From NCBI GenBank assembly GCA_963708025.1, contig CAVPSB010000018.1, forward strand, positions 448,001 through 512,000: a DNA stretch of 64,000 nt, in the 5' to 3' direction. Numbering within the stretch: position 1 is the stretch's first letter; the number at the start of each line of letters is the position of its first letter. The notes beneath the pieces are model-generated. The model did no database searches. It was not told where the DNA came from and was given only the letters and a program-made list of their open reading frames with translations. Below, piece after piece: positions 31,492-40,729 of the stretch. The stretch comes from an uncultured Candidatus Rokubacteria bacterium. Its GTDB lineage: Bacteria; Methylomirabilota; Methylomirabilia; Rokubacteriales; DASRDR01. A program made the position numbers and the translations under genes.

Positions 31492-32238
31492 TCACGCCAC
31501 GGCACCGAGGTAGCTCGGCGCCAGGCGCGCGTGCAGGCCGACGAGCGCGCGCAGCCGCGCCTCGGCCGCGACGCGCACCGCGTCCCGGTCGCCGGCGGTG
31601 ACCGCCGCGCGGATCGCCGCGGCCGTGTCCGCGCCCGCCGTGTCCTCGGCCACCGACCAGGGCCCGGGCAGCTCGTACTGGAGGGCGGCGAGCTCGAGCG
31701 GTCGGGATCGGCGGGCATCCCAGTTGCCGAGCACCGCGTCAACGTCGAAGTGCGTCTCGAGTCGCGCCCGACCGAGGGGCAGCGGCACCGACGGGGCCAG
31801 GCCGAGGAGCAGCGTGCGCCGCACGAGGAACGGCAGCGCCCAGCGCCTCCCCCCGTAGGTGACAAGCTGCAGGTCCGGCGTCTGGCTCCTCGAGAGCATC
31901 TGCCAGAAGGCCTGGAGGACGGCGGCTTCCTCTCCGGGTCCGCTCGCGGTCAGGACGACCACCGACAGGGCCGGCCGTCCCGTGTGGGCGAGCCCGAGGC
32001 TGACCAAGCGCCCGTACTCGGGCTCCATGGCGAAGCGTTGGACCAGGGCTCGCTCGATCGCCCGGAGCTCGCTCGGCAGGCACCGCCCCTCGCGGTAGGC
32101 CTCCCACGCGCCCTCCGGGGTGTGGGAAAGCCCGCGCAGTGGCCGCACCGCCTCGACGAACAGCGGTTGCCCGAGCGCCGGCGGCAGGCCTCGCAAGTCC
32201 TGCGCGAGGGTCGAGACCGGATCGACGACCAGGAGCAT
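31492..32238 (-). CDS. DnaQ/PolB-type 3'-5' exonuclease-fold protein, degenerate active site
   Basis: PEYGRLVSLG, EAAVLQAFW, LVTYGGRRWALPFLVRR, HFDV; canonical DxE, FD and YxxxD acidic residues largely missing. Confidence 0.65.
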   Translation of the reverse strand: MLLVVDPVSTLAQDLRGLPPALGQPLFVEAVRPLRGLSHTPEGAWEAYREGRCLPSELRAIERALVQRFAMEPEYGRLVSLGLAHTGRPALSVVVLTASGPGEEAAVLQAFWQMLSRSQTPDLQLVTYGGRRWALPFLVRRTLLLGLAPSVPLPLGRARLETHFDVDAVLGNWDARRSRPLELAALQYELPGPWSVAEDTAGADTAAAIRAAVTAGDRDAVRVAAEARLRALVGLHARLAPSYLGAVA

Positions 32239-32240
32239 GG

Positions 32241-32720
32241 CTACAGGAAGCCCCGCTGGGCCAGGGAGGCCCACTCGCCGGTGCCGTTGCCGATGACGAG
32301 GTGGTCGTGGAGCCGGACGCCGAGGAGCCGGGCTCCCTCCGCGAGCTGCCGGGTCAACGCCACGTCCTCCTTGGACGGCGTCGGATCGCCCGATGGGTGG
32401 TTGTGGACCAGCAGTAGGTGCGCGGCACCCTCGCGGAGCGCCGGCCCGAGCACCTCGCGGGGGTGGACGATCGAGGCCGACAGGCTCCCGGTCGAGACGA
32501 GGTGATGCCCGGTGTAGCCGTTCTGGGCATTCAGGAAGATCACCCAGAAATGCTCGCGGTCGTCGTCGTGGCGGGCCAGGAGCTCGCGGGCGAAGTCGGC
32601 GGCGGCCTCGGGGCTCGAGAGGGTCGGCCAGGACGGGGGGACGTGCTCGCGGGCCACCGTGTAGGTGACGGCGACCCGGCGGTAACGCCGGCAGCCGTCG
32701 TCCGAAGGCATTCGTGGCAT
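32241..32720 (-). CDS. radC: RadC-like JAB domain protein (short MGE form)
   Basis: REHFWVIFLN, VHPREV, HNHPSGDPTPSKED, LHDHLVIG. Confidence 0.92.
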   Translation of the reverse strand: MPRMPSDDGCRRYRRVAVTYTVAREHVPPSWPTLSSPEAAADFARELLARHDDDREHFWVIFLNAQNGYTGHHLVSTGSLSASIVHPREVLGPALREGAAHLLLVHNHPSGDPTPSKEDVALTRQLAEGARLLGVRLHDHLVIGNGTGEWASLAQRGFL

Positions 32721-32891
32721 GGAATCCTCCTCGTGACGCAGTGCTGGTAAGGATCCGCGCGCGCCTGTGGCCCAGCACGAGCGGTGCGACGGGACGAGCG
32801 ATCAGTCCAAGTCGAAGTGCGGCCGGATGTCGGCTTCGGGGATGAAGCGGGCCGCCTGGTTGTGGCAGCCAGCGCCCACGGGCGCCGGAGG

Positions 32892-33143
32892 CTAGGCGAG
32901 CGTCAGCCGCAGCTCCAGGGTCACGATGATGCTGGGTTGGGCAGCGAACCCCAGCGAGGCCAGGTCCTCTCCCTCGAGGTGCAGCGCGACCGCGTTTCGT
33001 AGGTTGGCGGTCACCTCGTCCAGGGTCTCGCCCTGGGTCACCACCGCGAGCTCCTCGCACGTGGCCACGTACCCCGACTCCGCGTCGCGCGTGATCCGGG
33101 CGTGGATGGCGGGTGGCGGCGTGCGGCCACTCACGGGACACAT
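32892..33143 (-). CDS. HicB-like antitoxin domain protein (orphan)
   Basis: GYVATCEELAVVTQGETLDEVTANLRNAVALHLE. Confidence 0.8.
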   Translation of the reverse strand: MCPVSGRTPPPAIHARITRDAESGYVATCEELAVVTQGETLDEVTANLRNAVALHLEGEDLASLGFAAQPSIIVTLELRLTLA

Positions 33144-33165
33144 CCTACCGCGCTCTCGCTCGCGC

Positions 33166-33552
33166 TCAGAATGGCAGATCGTCCTTGTCTTCGCGCTCCG
33201 CTGGCGGGACGGCGCCGGCGGCGCCCTTGGTGCTCGGCCCGAAGCTGACCTGGTCGGCCACGATGGTGAGCCGCGACTGGCGCTGGCCGTCGCGCTCCCA
33301 GGTGTGCTGGCGAAGGCGCCCGTCGACCACCACGAAGTCGCCCTTCGCCTTGTGCTGGGCGAGCGCCTCGCCGGGCTTCCCGTAGACCTCGACGTCCACG
33401 AACAGGGCCTCGTCGCGGCGCTCGCCGTTGCTGGTGAAGCTCCGGTTCGAGGCGAGCCGCAGGTTCGTCACGGCCGTGCCGCTCGGCAGGTACTTCAGCT
33501 CGGGGTCGGCCACGAGCCTACCGGACAGGGTGATACGGTTCACGTCAGACAT
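33166..33552 (-). CDS. ssb: Single-stranded DNA-binding protein
   Basis: NRITLSGRLVADPELKY, VDGRLRQHTWE, acidic tail DDLPF. Confidence 0.95.
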   Translation of the reverse strand: MSDVNRITLSGRLVADPELKYLPSGTAVTNLRLASNRSFTSNGERRDEALFVDVEVYGKPGEALAQHKAKGDFVVVDGRLRQHTWERDGQRQSRLTIVADQVSFGPSTKGAAGAVPPAEREDKDDLPF

Positions 33553-34271
33553 GGCGACGCTCCTCCTTGACGCCGGCAGTCAGGACGGCCTTGCCCCGCC
33601 TGATTCGGCCCGTTGCCGGGGAGCTGACCGCGCCGGCACGGACAGCAGGCGGCGACGCGGAAGGCCGCCGGAACGCCCCCGGCGTCGATCAGCCACGCGG
33701 CGAAGCCCTCGGGGCCGACGACCCGATGCTGGCCACGGGCGGCATCGACTCGGTGGTCGAGGTGGAACTCCACCCCGGAGGGTCGGGTCACGACGAGCAC
33801 GGTGTGGGTCAGCGTCAGCACCATCCCACGGCCACGGTGGCGGGCACCGCCGACGGTACGGTCGGGTCTGCTTCTGCCGCTCACCACAGCCCTTTGTAGA
33901 GTCCGGCCAGTGCGATCGCGGCCGCCACCAGGACCGCGCCGAGGTACGCGCTCACCACGCGGCGCAGCATCCACTCGTCCGTGACCGTCTGTCCCCTCGA
34001 CATGGTGGTCGTGTCCCTTCGCCGTGCCATCGCGACGGGCCTGACCCCGTCAGACAGGTGCCACGGTCCCCCCCGACCGCTCATTCACGCCCTCCTTTTC
34101 CGACGCCGCATCGCGCCAGCCACTCCGGAACAGCCTGACCCGTCTGACGCCATACTTCGCGCCGGATCGACGGCCCGATCCGGAGCGGACCGGATCGCCA
34201 CTCTCAACCCCCACCCGACAATCCGACACGACCGTAGACAGACTCCTCCCGGGTGGCGGGGCCGACACCCC

Positions 34272-34417
34272 AGATCGGTGCCCCGTCCCCGAAGGGGCCC
34301 GAAGGCTGACGAGACGGCAGATGAACAGCGGACCCCCACACCGAATCAGACCGCCGCCGCCTCAGGCCACCGCCGACCTCCCACGGCAGCGCGCGCGGGA
34401 GCCGAAGGCGCCGACCC
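34272..34417 (-). ncRNA. Structured repeat copy A (candidate ncRNA/leader element)
   Basis: Near-identical to 34552-34696; minus strand folds with a closing stem, two cUUCGg loops and a G-U-rich rod. Confidence 0.55.
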
Positions 34418-34551
34418 CTCAGAGATGCGTCGCCCGGCCCCGCTGTTCCATGCCCATCCGATGACCCCCGCCGCGCCATCCTCACCCCGCGATCCGGCCC
34501 CGACACGACCGCAGACAGACCCTGCCCCAGACTGACGGCGGCCGACGTCCA

Positions 34552-34696
34552 AGATCGGTGCTTCGTCCCCGAAGGGGCCAGAAGGCCGACGAGACGGAAA
34601 ATGAACAGCGGACCCCACACCGAATCAGACCGCCGCCGCCTCAGGCCACCGTCGACCTCCCAAGGCAGCGCACGCGGGAGCCGAAGGCGCCGACCC
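34552..34696 (-). ncRNA. Structured repeat copy B (candidate ncRNA/leader element)
   Basis: Second copy, ~280 bp period; weaker similarity extends to ~34224-34460 vs 34501-34733. Confidence 0.55.
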
Positions 34697-34996
34697 TCCC
34701 CGATCCCGCCGTTCCCAGGCTTCGAGCCCATCCGCGGCGTCTCTGCGTCACGCCGCGAGGTCGTTGCACGCCGCCCACCATAGGAATCTCATTAGGCGTC
34801 CGTGCAGGCCAGGGCCGTTCGAAGGCCGTCATGGAACGTCCCGCCAGCGCAGCGCCTGTTCCTCTGGACCTCTCCACGACCGGCTCTGTGGTCCACCCCA
34901 TGGGTGTCTCAAGGTTCCCGGGCGGAGAGACAACCCCGACCGGTTCGGCCGAGCTGCCGGATGGGGCCGGACGTGGTAGTTCGAGCCGGGGGTGCG

Positions 34997-35440
34997 TCAG
35001 CGGAAGGACTGGAGGAGACGGTCGAGCCTCGCCTCGGCGGTGGCGGGATCGACCCGCTCGCCGCTCCGCTCCGGGGCGGGGACCGGGTCAGGTCCCGGCG
35101 CGCCGGATGGCCCCTCGGTCGATCCCGTGCTCGCGGGGATCACGGAAGCGGGGGAAGCTTTTGGGAGTCCGGACCGGGGGCGTCGATGCGGGCCAAGCCC
35201 CGCCCGAACCGCATCCGGGGGCACCGGGAGCGCCCCGGGATGGCGGGCGGCGACGTAGGCCGGCAGCCCGGTCTGGAGTGCAGCCTTGATCGCCCGAGTT
35301 CGACGCGAGCGCGGGATCGCGAGCAGCCACCCAAGGAGCTCGACGTCCTCGTCGCGTGCCAGGTTGAAGTAGAGGCCCCGGTAGACCGGACGGTGGCGCT
35401 CGTCCCGACGATCGCCGTCGACGCCGGACAGGTCGTCCAT
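34997..35440 (-). CDS. ParR-like adaptor (putative RHH with C-terminal helix)
   Basis: Directly downstream of parM; LYFNL..DEDVELLGWL...RTRAIKAAL, flexible linker, terminal helix ARLDRLLQSF. Confidence 0.55.
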   Translation of the reverse strand: MDDLSGVDGDRRDERHRPVYRGLYFNLARDEDVELLGWLLAIPRSRRTRAIKAALQTGLPAYVAARHPGALPVPPDAVRAGLGPHRRPRSGLPKASPASVIPASTGSTEGPSGAPGPDPVPAPERSGERVDPATAEARLDRLLQSFR

Positions 35441-35443
35441 GGG

Positions 35444-35479
35444 ACTCTGCCAGAACTCTGCCAGACGCTCTGGCAGAGT
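35444..35479. repeat. ACTCTGCCAGA x2 direct plus one inverted copy (parC/operator-like)
   Basis: 35444-35454, 35455-35465 and inverted TCTGGCAGAGT 35469-35479, in the parM-parR gap. Confidence 0.7.
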
Positions 35480-36513
35480 CAGGCCGACACAGGGTCAGGC
35501 ATCCCGTTCAGCTCCCGCTGCAGACGCTGGCCGTAGCGGAAGTACCCGATGGCGTTCTGCAGCCGGGCGTGAGGCACGATCTCGGTGTGCGGCGCGAGGG
35601 CCTGAAGGCGGGAGCCGAGCACCGCGCCGCCCCCGCCGGTCACCCAGAGGCGAGCCAGGCCGCGCGCGCCCTCGCCCCAGAGCATCCGCGCGTGCGCCAC
35701 GATCGCCTCGGCGTGCCGGTCGAGCCAGGGCTCGAGCAGCGCGCCGAGCGGGACGGTGTCGCCCCCGACGTGGAGCGCGCCGCGCCGCAGGGGCTCGTCG
35801 AGCGCGTGGGGATCCTGCTCGACGCCCCATCGCCGGTAGACCTCGCGGCCGAGGTCGAGCAGCAGGTCCGCCATCCCGGTATTGCGGGTGAGGCAGTGCG
35901 CCGGCACCACCGCGAGGCCATCGAGGGTGAAATAGTCCGTCGTCCGGAACCCGACGTCGAGCACGCCGACCCGCGCCTGGAGTCCCTCGGGCCCGGCGAG
36001 CTGACCGCGCGGGTCGAGGAGCTGCGCGAGAACAGTGCCGAGGGGCTGCGGAAGCACGCGGACCCGCCCGATCGTCACGCGCCACACGCGGCCGCCCGGC
36101 TCGAGCTGCAGCTCGTGGGTGCCCTCGAGCTGGCGGCGCAGGGTCTCCCCGTGCGGCTCGACATCCGCCACGGGCAGGCCCGTGACCAGGGTGACGGGTT
36201 CTCCGGGGTGCTCGAGCATCCGGGCCAGGGCGGTCAGGGCCAGCACCCGGAACACGGCGCCGTCCACCCACGAGCGGCTCAGCCCGACAAAGCACCGGTG
36301 CGCGAGCCGGAGGGCGCGCTCCCCCACGGTGTAACTCCGTCCGTCCACCGTGACGCCCTCGATGCCGTCCGGCCGACCATGGCGGCCCAGGCCGGTGCCG
36401 AGCCGGAACCCAGGCGCCCTCCACTCCCCCACCACCGAGGGAAAGACGTCCGTGCCGCCCGCCGTCACGCACTTGGTGTAGCCAAAGCCCACGTCTAGTC
36501 CGACGATCGTCAT
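35479..36513 (-). CDS. parM: ParM/StbA actin-like partition ATPase
   Basis: GLDVGFGYTK (phosphate 1), VTGLP, PQPLG, VLDVGFRTTD (phosphate 2), VTGGGG, NAIGY. Confidence 0.9.
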   Translation of the reverse strand: MTIVGLDVGFGYTKCVTAGGTDVFPSVVGEWRAPGFRLGTGLGRHGRPDGIEGVTVDGRSYTVGERALRLAHRCFVGLSRSWVDGAVFRVLALTALARMLEHPGEPVTLVTGLPVADVEPHGETLRRQLEGTHELQLEPGGRVWRVTIGRVRVLPQPLGTVLAQLLDPRGQLAGPEGLQARVGVLDVGFRTTDYFTLDGLAVVPAHCLTRNTGMADLLLDLGREVYRRWGVEQDPHALDEPLRRGALHVGGDTVPLGALLEPWLDRHAEAIVAHARMLWGEGARGLARLWVTGGGGAVLGSRLQALAPHTEIVPHARLQNAIGYFRYGQRLQRELNGMPDPVSA

Positions 36514-36533
36514 GGTGAGGACCTCCCGTCCGG

Positions 36534-37733
36534 TCAGCGTCGCCAGGGGCCCCCACGGCGTCGCGCCTCCTGGCGCGCGCGCCGCGGCCCCCGGACCACA
36601 GGTCGCGGTCTCCACGGCCACGGGGCCGTCAGCGGCCAGAGAAGGCGCGCGGCCGTCACGTTCGCCGCGGCCCAGAGGGTGCGCGCCTCCACTCCGCGGC
36701 GCGCGGCCCCGACCGCGAGCGGCGAGGCCAGCAGGGCCCGGGCGACCGCCTGGCGGAGGGTCGGGGGCCGCTCCGCCACGACGGGCGGTCGCAGCTCCGC
36801 GATCGACGCCTCCGCGAGCGCCGCGAGCAGCGCGCGAAACGTCGGGGGCAGGAGGGCCACCCCTTCCATCTCGCGTCGGGTGCGGAGCGTGACCCGCAGG
36901 TTGCGGTAGAGGAGGATCGGGTCCTCGAGCCATCGCGGGAGCGGGGCGGGCACGGGCCAGCACTGGAGCCGGGCGAGCCGTGGCTGCTCGGCCCGCTCGA
37001 ACCAGTGCCGCCAGATCCGGTGCGCGGTGCGCCCGCACGCGAGGGTGCGCCGCACGGACCAGCCGTGCTCCGCCGCCCTCCGGCGCGTGCCGGCCACCCG
37101 GAAGAGCATCGGGCGCTCCCGCCCGATGAACGTGACGCCCGCGTCCTCCCACGAGGCCTCCAGCACGCCGATCAGGGTCCACGTCGCAACGTCCCAGCGC
37201 GGCCGCGGCCGGGGCACGTGACACGAAGCGCCTGGGCCCGCCCAGGCGGTGATCATCGGGCGCCAGAATGGCGGGACGGCGAGGTGAGACCCGGCCGGCT
37301 GGGGCGGGCAGATCAGGCGCGCCGTCTCCAGGACGGCGATCCCCCGACCCGGCCCCGCGATCCGGTCGGCGAGCGGCGAGCGAGCGAGGAGCGCGCCGAC
37401 ACGGTCGACATCCAGCGGCGGCGCCTCGGCGTCGTCGGTCCCGCCGACGGCGAGGTCGGCCTCGGCAAGGGGCGAGTCGCCGTCCCCGGCGGTCTCCCAG
37501 GGGAACGGGGTGCCGCGCCGGAGCGCGTCCGTGAACACGCCCACACCCGCGCCGGTGTCCGTCGGCCCCGGAGGAGTGCTCAGCCGGCGGCCGCCCCAGC
37601 CGAGCCGCCAGGCGAGGCACAGCAGCGGATAGGGCCAGGGCGCCGGGACTGCCGCCTCGCCGCGCGTCACGAATCCGACCTCGTGGCCGCGCCACGCCCC
37701 CCACTCGGCCGTGCGACGCCGGATGCATCCCAT
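36534..37733 (-). CDS. Hypothetical protein (unassigned; start uncertain)
   Basis: Long ORF co-directional between ParB-like genes and parM; Trp/Arg-rich; no family recognised. Confidence 0.45.
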   Translation of the reverse strand: MGCIRRRTAEWGAWRGHEVGFVTRGEAAVPAPWPYPLLCLAWRLGWGGRRLSTPPGPTDTGAGVGVFTDALRRGTPFPWETAGDGDSPLAEADLAVGGTDDAEAPPLDVDRVGALLARSPLADRIAGPGRGIAVLETARLICPPQPAGSHLAVPPFWRPMITAWAGPGASCHVPRPRPRWDVATWTLIGVLEASWEDAGVTFIGRERPMLFRVAGTRRRAAEHGWSVRRTLACGRTAHRIWRHWFERAEQPRLARLQCWPVPAPLPRWLEDPILLYRNLRVTLRTRREMEGVALLPPTFRALLAALAEASIAELRPPVVAERPPTLRQAVARALLASPLAVGAARRGVEARTLWAAANVTAARLLWPLTAPWPWRPRPVVRGPRRARQEARRRGGPWRR

Positions 37734-37908
37734 CCGGTTGCAGCAGGGTCTCCTGGATTGCGCCGATCCCGACCGGATCCGTGACGGCCCTTCGGTGCCC
37801 ACCCAGCGGACACCTGCCCCATGGCGCGGCGGTGCCTGAGCGGTGCGGAGCCCGCCGCGTCGGCTCGATCCGCCCGGTCGGTGACCGCCCGGCGGCCCGC
37901 CGGTCCGA

Positions 37909-38790
37909 TCATGTGACCGCCTCCACCGAGGCGTTGAATCGGTCGAACCAACGAACGAACTCGGCGACGAAGGTCCCGCGTTCCCTCGGGGGACAGGCCG
38001 CCCAGCAGTCCACCATGCGCGCCAGGACGTCGAGGCGCGGCGTGACGTAGGCGACGACCGGGTCCAGCCGGTGGCCGTCCCGGTCGGCCGCGACCGTCGC
38101 GGCGTACGCGCGCTCCAGCGAGATGGCCCCACGTGTGAACTGCGCCTGGACCTCGCCGTCGCCCCGATGCGCGAGCGTGAGGAGCTTCTGGAGCCGGCGG
38201 ACGGGGGTGTCGTAGAGCCGGGCGATCTCGTCGAGCGACGGCCCGGTGGGCGGCGCGTCGGACCGGGCCGGGCCCCGGCGCAGGTTGGCGAGCCGGCGGG
38301 CGGTCCGCGCCTCCAGGGGCCCGAGCCCCGAGGCCGGCGCCGCCTCGAGGGTGAGGAACAGGATGTCGCGCTGGTGTCGGGTCAGGTGGCGTCGCGCGAG
38401 CGCCTCGAGGACGGCGGTGCGCTCGATGCGGAGTCGGTCGAGGGAGGACAGCGGCTCGGCGTCGGACCGTTCCACGGGGATCGGCACGACCTGGACCGGC
38501 ACCGTCTCGAAGCCCAGCTCCGCGGCGATCCGGTACCGGTGGGTCCCGTCGATCACCCAGCCGTTGGGGAGGATTCGGAGCGGCGTCCGAATCCCGTGGG
38601 CGGCGATGTCCTCGCGAAGGACGCGCCACTCGTGCGTCCCCTCGAAGCTCGGCGGCCACACCCAGCGAGGCGGGTAGAGGCGGAGGGTCGCGAGCGCGTA
38701 CAGCTCCGGCGCGCGGGGGGCCGGGAGCCCGAGCCCGTCGCGCCGGGAGGCAGCGAGCGCTCCGACACCCTCACCCGGGAGGCGAGGCAT
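37909..38790 (-). CDS. ParB/Srx N-terminal domain + HTH protein
   Basis: LREDIAAHGIRTPL...IDGTHRYRIA, ARRHLT, HTH LDEIARLY. Confidence 0.8.
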   Translation of the reverse strand: MPRLPGEGVGALAASRRDGLGLPAPRAPELYALATLRLYPPRWVWPPSFEGTHEWRVLREDIAAHGIRTPLRILPNGWVIDGTHRYRIAAELGFETVPVQVVPIPVERSDAEPLSSLDRLRIERTAVLEALARRHLTRHQRDILFLTLEAAPASGLGPLEARTARRLANLRRGPARSDAPPTGPSLDEIARLYDTPVRRLQKLLTLAHRGDGEVQAQFTRGAISLERAYAATVAADRDGHRLDPVVAYVTPRLDVLARMVDCWAACPPRERGTFVAEFVRWFDRFNASVEAVT

Positions 38791-39982
38791 GCCCCCGGCC
38801 CTCCGTGTCCTGCATCCACTCGAGGAGGTCATCCAGTTGGTCGACCGTCTGCCTCACCGTGAGGTGGCGTGCCTCGCCCTGTGTCCCGGTCCAGTTCGCC
38901 GTGTCGCGCAGGAACCGCTCCGTGAGCGCCTCCAGCTCTCGGGCCAAGGCCTGGAAGGCCGCGACACTCGCCGAAGGCGCGGCCGGCCCCGCGGGGGTCG
39001 GCGGGGCGTGGCCCGGTGAGCCCCGGGGGGCCTCGGCTTGGCTCCCGCGTCCGGTGCCGGGTGTGGTCTCGGGCGCTGAGCGGGCGGCGCCCTCCGGCGA
39101 GACGTCCAGAACCTTGGGGCCGGCAGCCCGATCGGGACCGCCGGCCGTCCCCATCGAGAGCTCCCGAACCGCCGGTGGGCCATTCGGGAGCGGTCTCGCG
39201 TAGCTGTTCGCCGTGAGCTGCCGCTCCGCCTCCCTCGCGCTCAGGGCGCCGGCCGCCAGCGCGGACTGGAGCGCCTCCGGCGCCTCGCGCGCCACGCGCG
39301 TCAGCCGTCGGAGGGTCCGGGCGCTCACGCCCCTGGCCTCGGCCCGCGCACGCTGCGTCGGATGGACGGGCCCGGTGCCGGGTTGCCGACCCCGGCGGAG
39401 ATTGGCCCCCCGGCCGTTCACGACGCCGGCCGCGAGTTCCGCCTGGGACACGCCGAAGAGCAGCCCCTGGACACGCGACGGCGCCAGCTGCCGCCGGCCG
39501 GCCGCCAGGACGGCCACCGTCGTGTCGAGGCGGAGCCGGTCGGCCTCGCTCAGGCGGTCGGGCAGGTGGAGGACCCGCACCGGCACCTCGGCCAGCCCCA
39601 GGGCGCGGGCCAAGGCCAGCCGGTGCACGCCGTCCACGACCTGTCCCCCCGGCAGGATGAGCAGGGGCTCCCGAACCCCTGACTCCTTCAGGAGGTGTGT
39701 GAGCATGCGCCAGGACGGCGTGCCCCGGAAGGACGGCCGCTCGATGGACCGCGGCGTGTAGGGTCGGAGCCGCGTCGGCGCCCACCACTCGACGGGCCCC
39801 ACCGCGTCCGCCGGCAGGCCCCTTGCCCAGACGCCGCACTCGGACGGATCATCATCGGGCCTCCCCACGCCGCCGTCGACACCGGTCACCGCGGCCCCAC
39901 CCTCGTCCCGGCGCGGTGCCTCCGCCTTGTCGATGTCGGCCTCCTCTTCCGTGTTCGGATCGAGGGCGCCGTGGTACGTCAT
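38771..39982 (-). CDS. Second ParB/Srx N-terminal domain + HTH protein
   Basis: LKESGVREPL...VDGVHRLALA, GRRQLA, HTH RAEARGVSARTLRR. Confidence 0.75.
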   Translation of the reverse strand: MTYHGALDPNTEEEADIDKAEAPRRDEGGAAVTGVDGGVGRPDDDPSECGVWARGLPADAVGPVEWWAPTRLRPYTPRSIERPSFRGTPSWRMLTHLLKESGVREPLLILPGGQVVDGVHRLALARALGLAEVPVRVLHLPDRLSEADRLRLDTTVAVLAAGRRQLAPSRVQGLLFGVSQAELAAGVVNGRGANLRRGRQPGTGPVHPTQRARAEARGVSARTLRRLTRVAREAPEALQSALAAGALSAREAERQLTANSYARPLPNGPPAVRELSMGTAGGPDRAAGPKVLDVSPEGAARSAPETTPGTGRGSQAEAPRGSPGHAPPTPAGPAAPSASVAAFQALARELEALTERFLRDTANWTGTQGEARHLTVRQTVDQLDDLLEWMQDTEGRGHASPPG

Positions 39983-40729
39983 CCGGCCTCCGACCTCCAG
40001 GACGCCCCGTCGGCATCGAGGTCCCCGTCCACGACATGTCGCGGGCCGCCCGCGAGCGCCATCAAGGCCGCGGCCCGGTGCCGCTCCCAACTCGTGACGC
40101 CCTCGATCGGCTGTGACGGCGCGTTCACCGGGACATCTCGAAGGGCCGTTGGGCGGTTCGTGCCTTCACCGAGCACACTTCGCGAGCCATCGGGACGTCC
40201 CGAGCGCGGACGGGCCCAGTCGGCGAGTGGCCGATCGCCCGATCAGCGCGCGAGGAGCGATCTGCACCCTGGTCCATGCCAAGGCCCCCCCAAGACGGAC
40301 GAGATTGCCTTCCAGAGCCTAGAGGGCCACCCCCGGCGCGAATCAGCCCGACTGGGCTCAGCTGGACGGTCGCAACTGAGCCAGGGGCCTCCACCCCCGA
40401 TCTCCGACCCACTCCTCCACAGGGTCCTGCGGCTGGATGCGACCGAATGGAGTCCTGGACGAGGACCGCCCCGACGAGAATCACCCGGGGTTCGCGTGCC
40501 CCGGGTGCGTGGGGTTCGGGCAAGACTCCCCGGATTGACCCCGATCCGGCTTCCGGATGGAGGTGCCGCTCCAAATGGATGGCCGCCGCTGGTCAACCCC
40601 GGAGCGAGCCGGCGGCCAGACGCTCACGCGCTGCGGTTCCCAATTGTCGCCGTGCCGGACTCGAGCACACCGGCGTCGAGGCACTGAAGGGTCCGGGCCG
40701 GGCCAGGGGCCGGCGCGCCTCAGGCATGA

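Noticed and set aside
34224-34733. CRISPR array interpretation of the tandem repeats
   Set aside because: Only two long units with related spacers; no 25-45 bp repeat-spacer periodicity and no cas operon.
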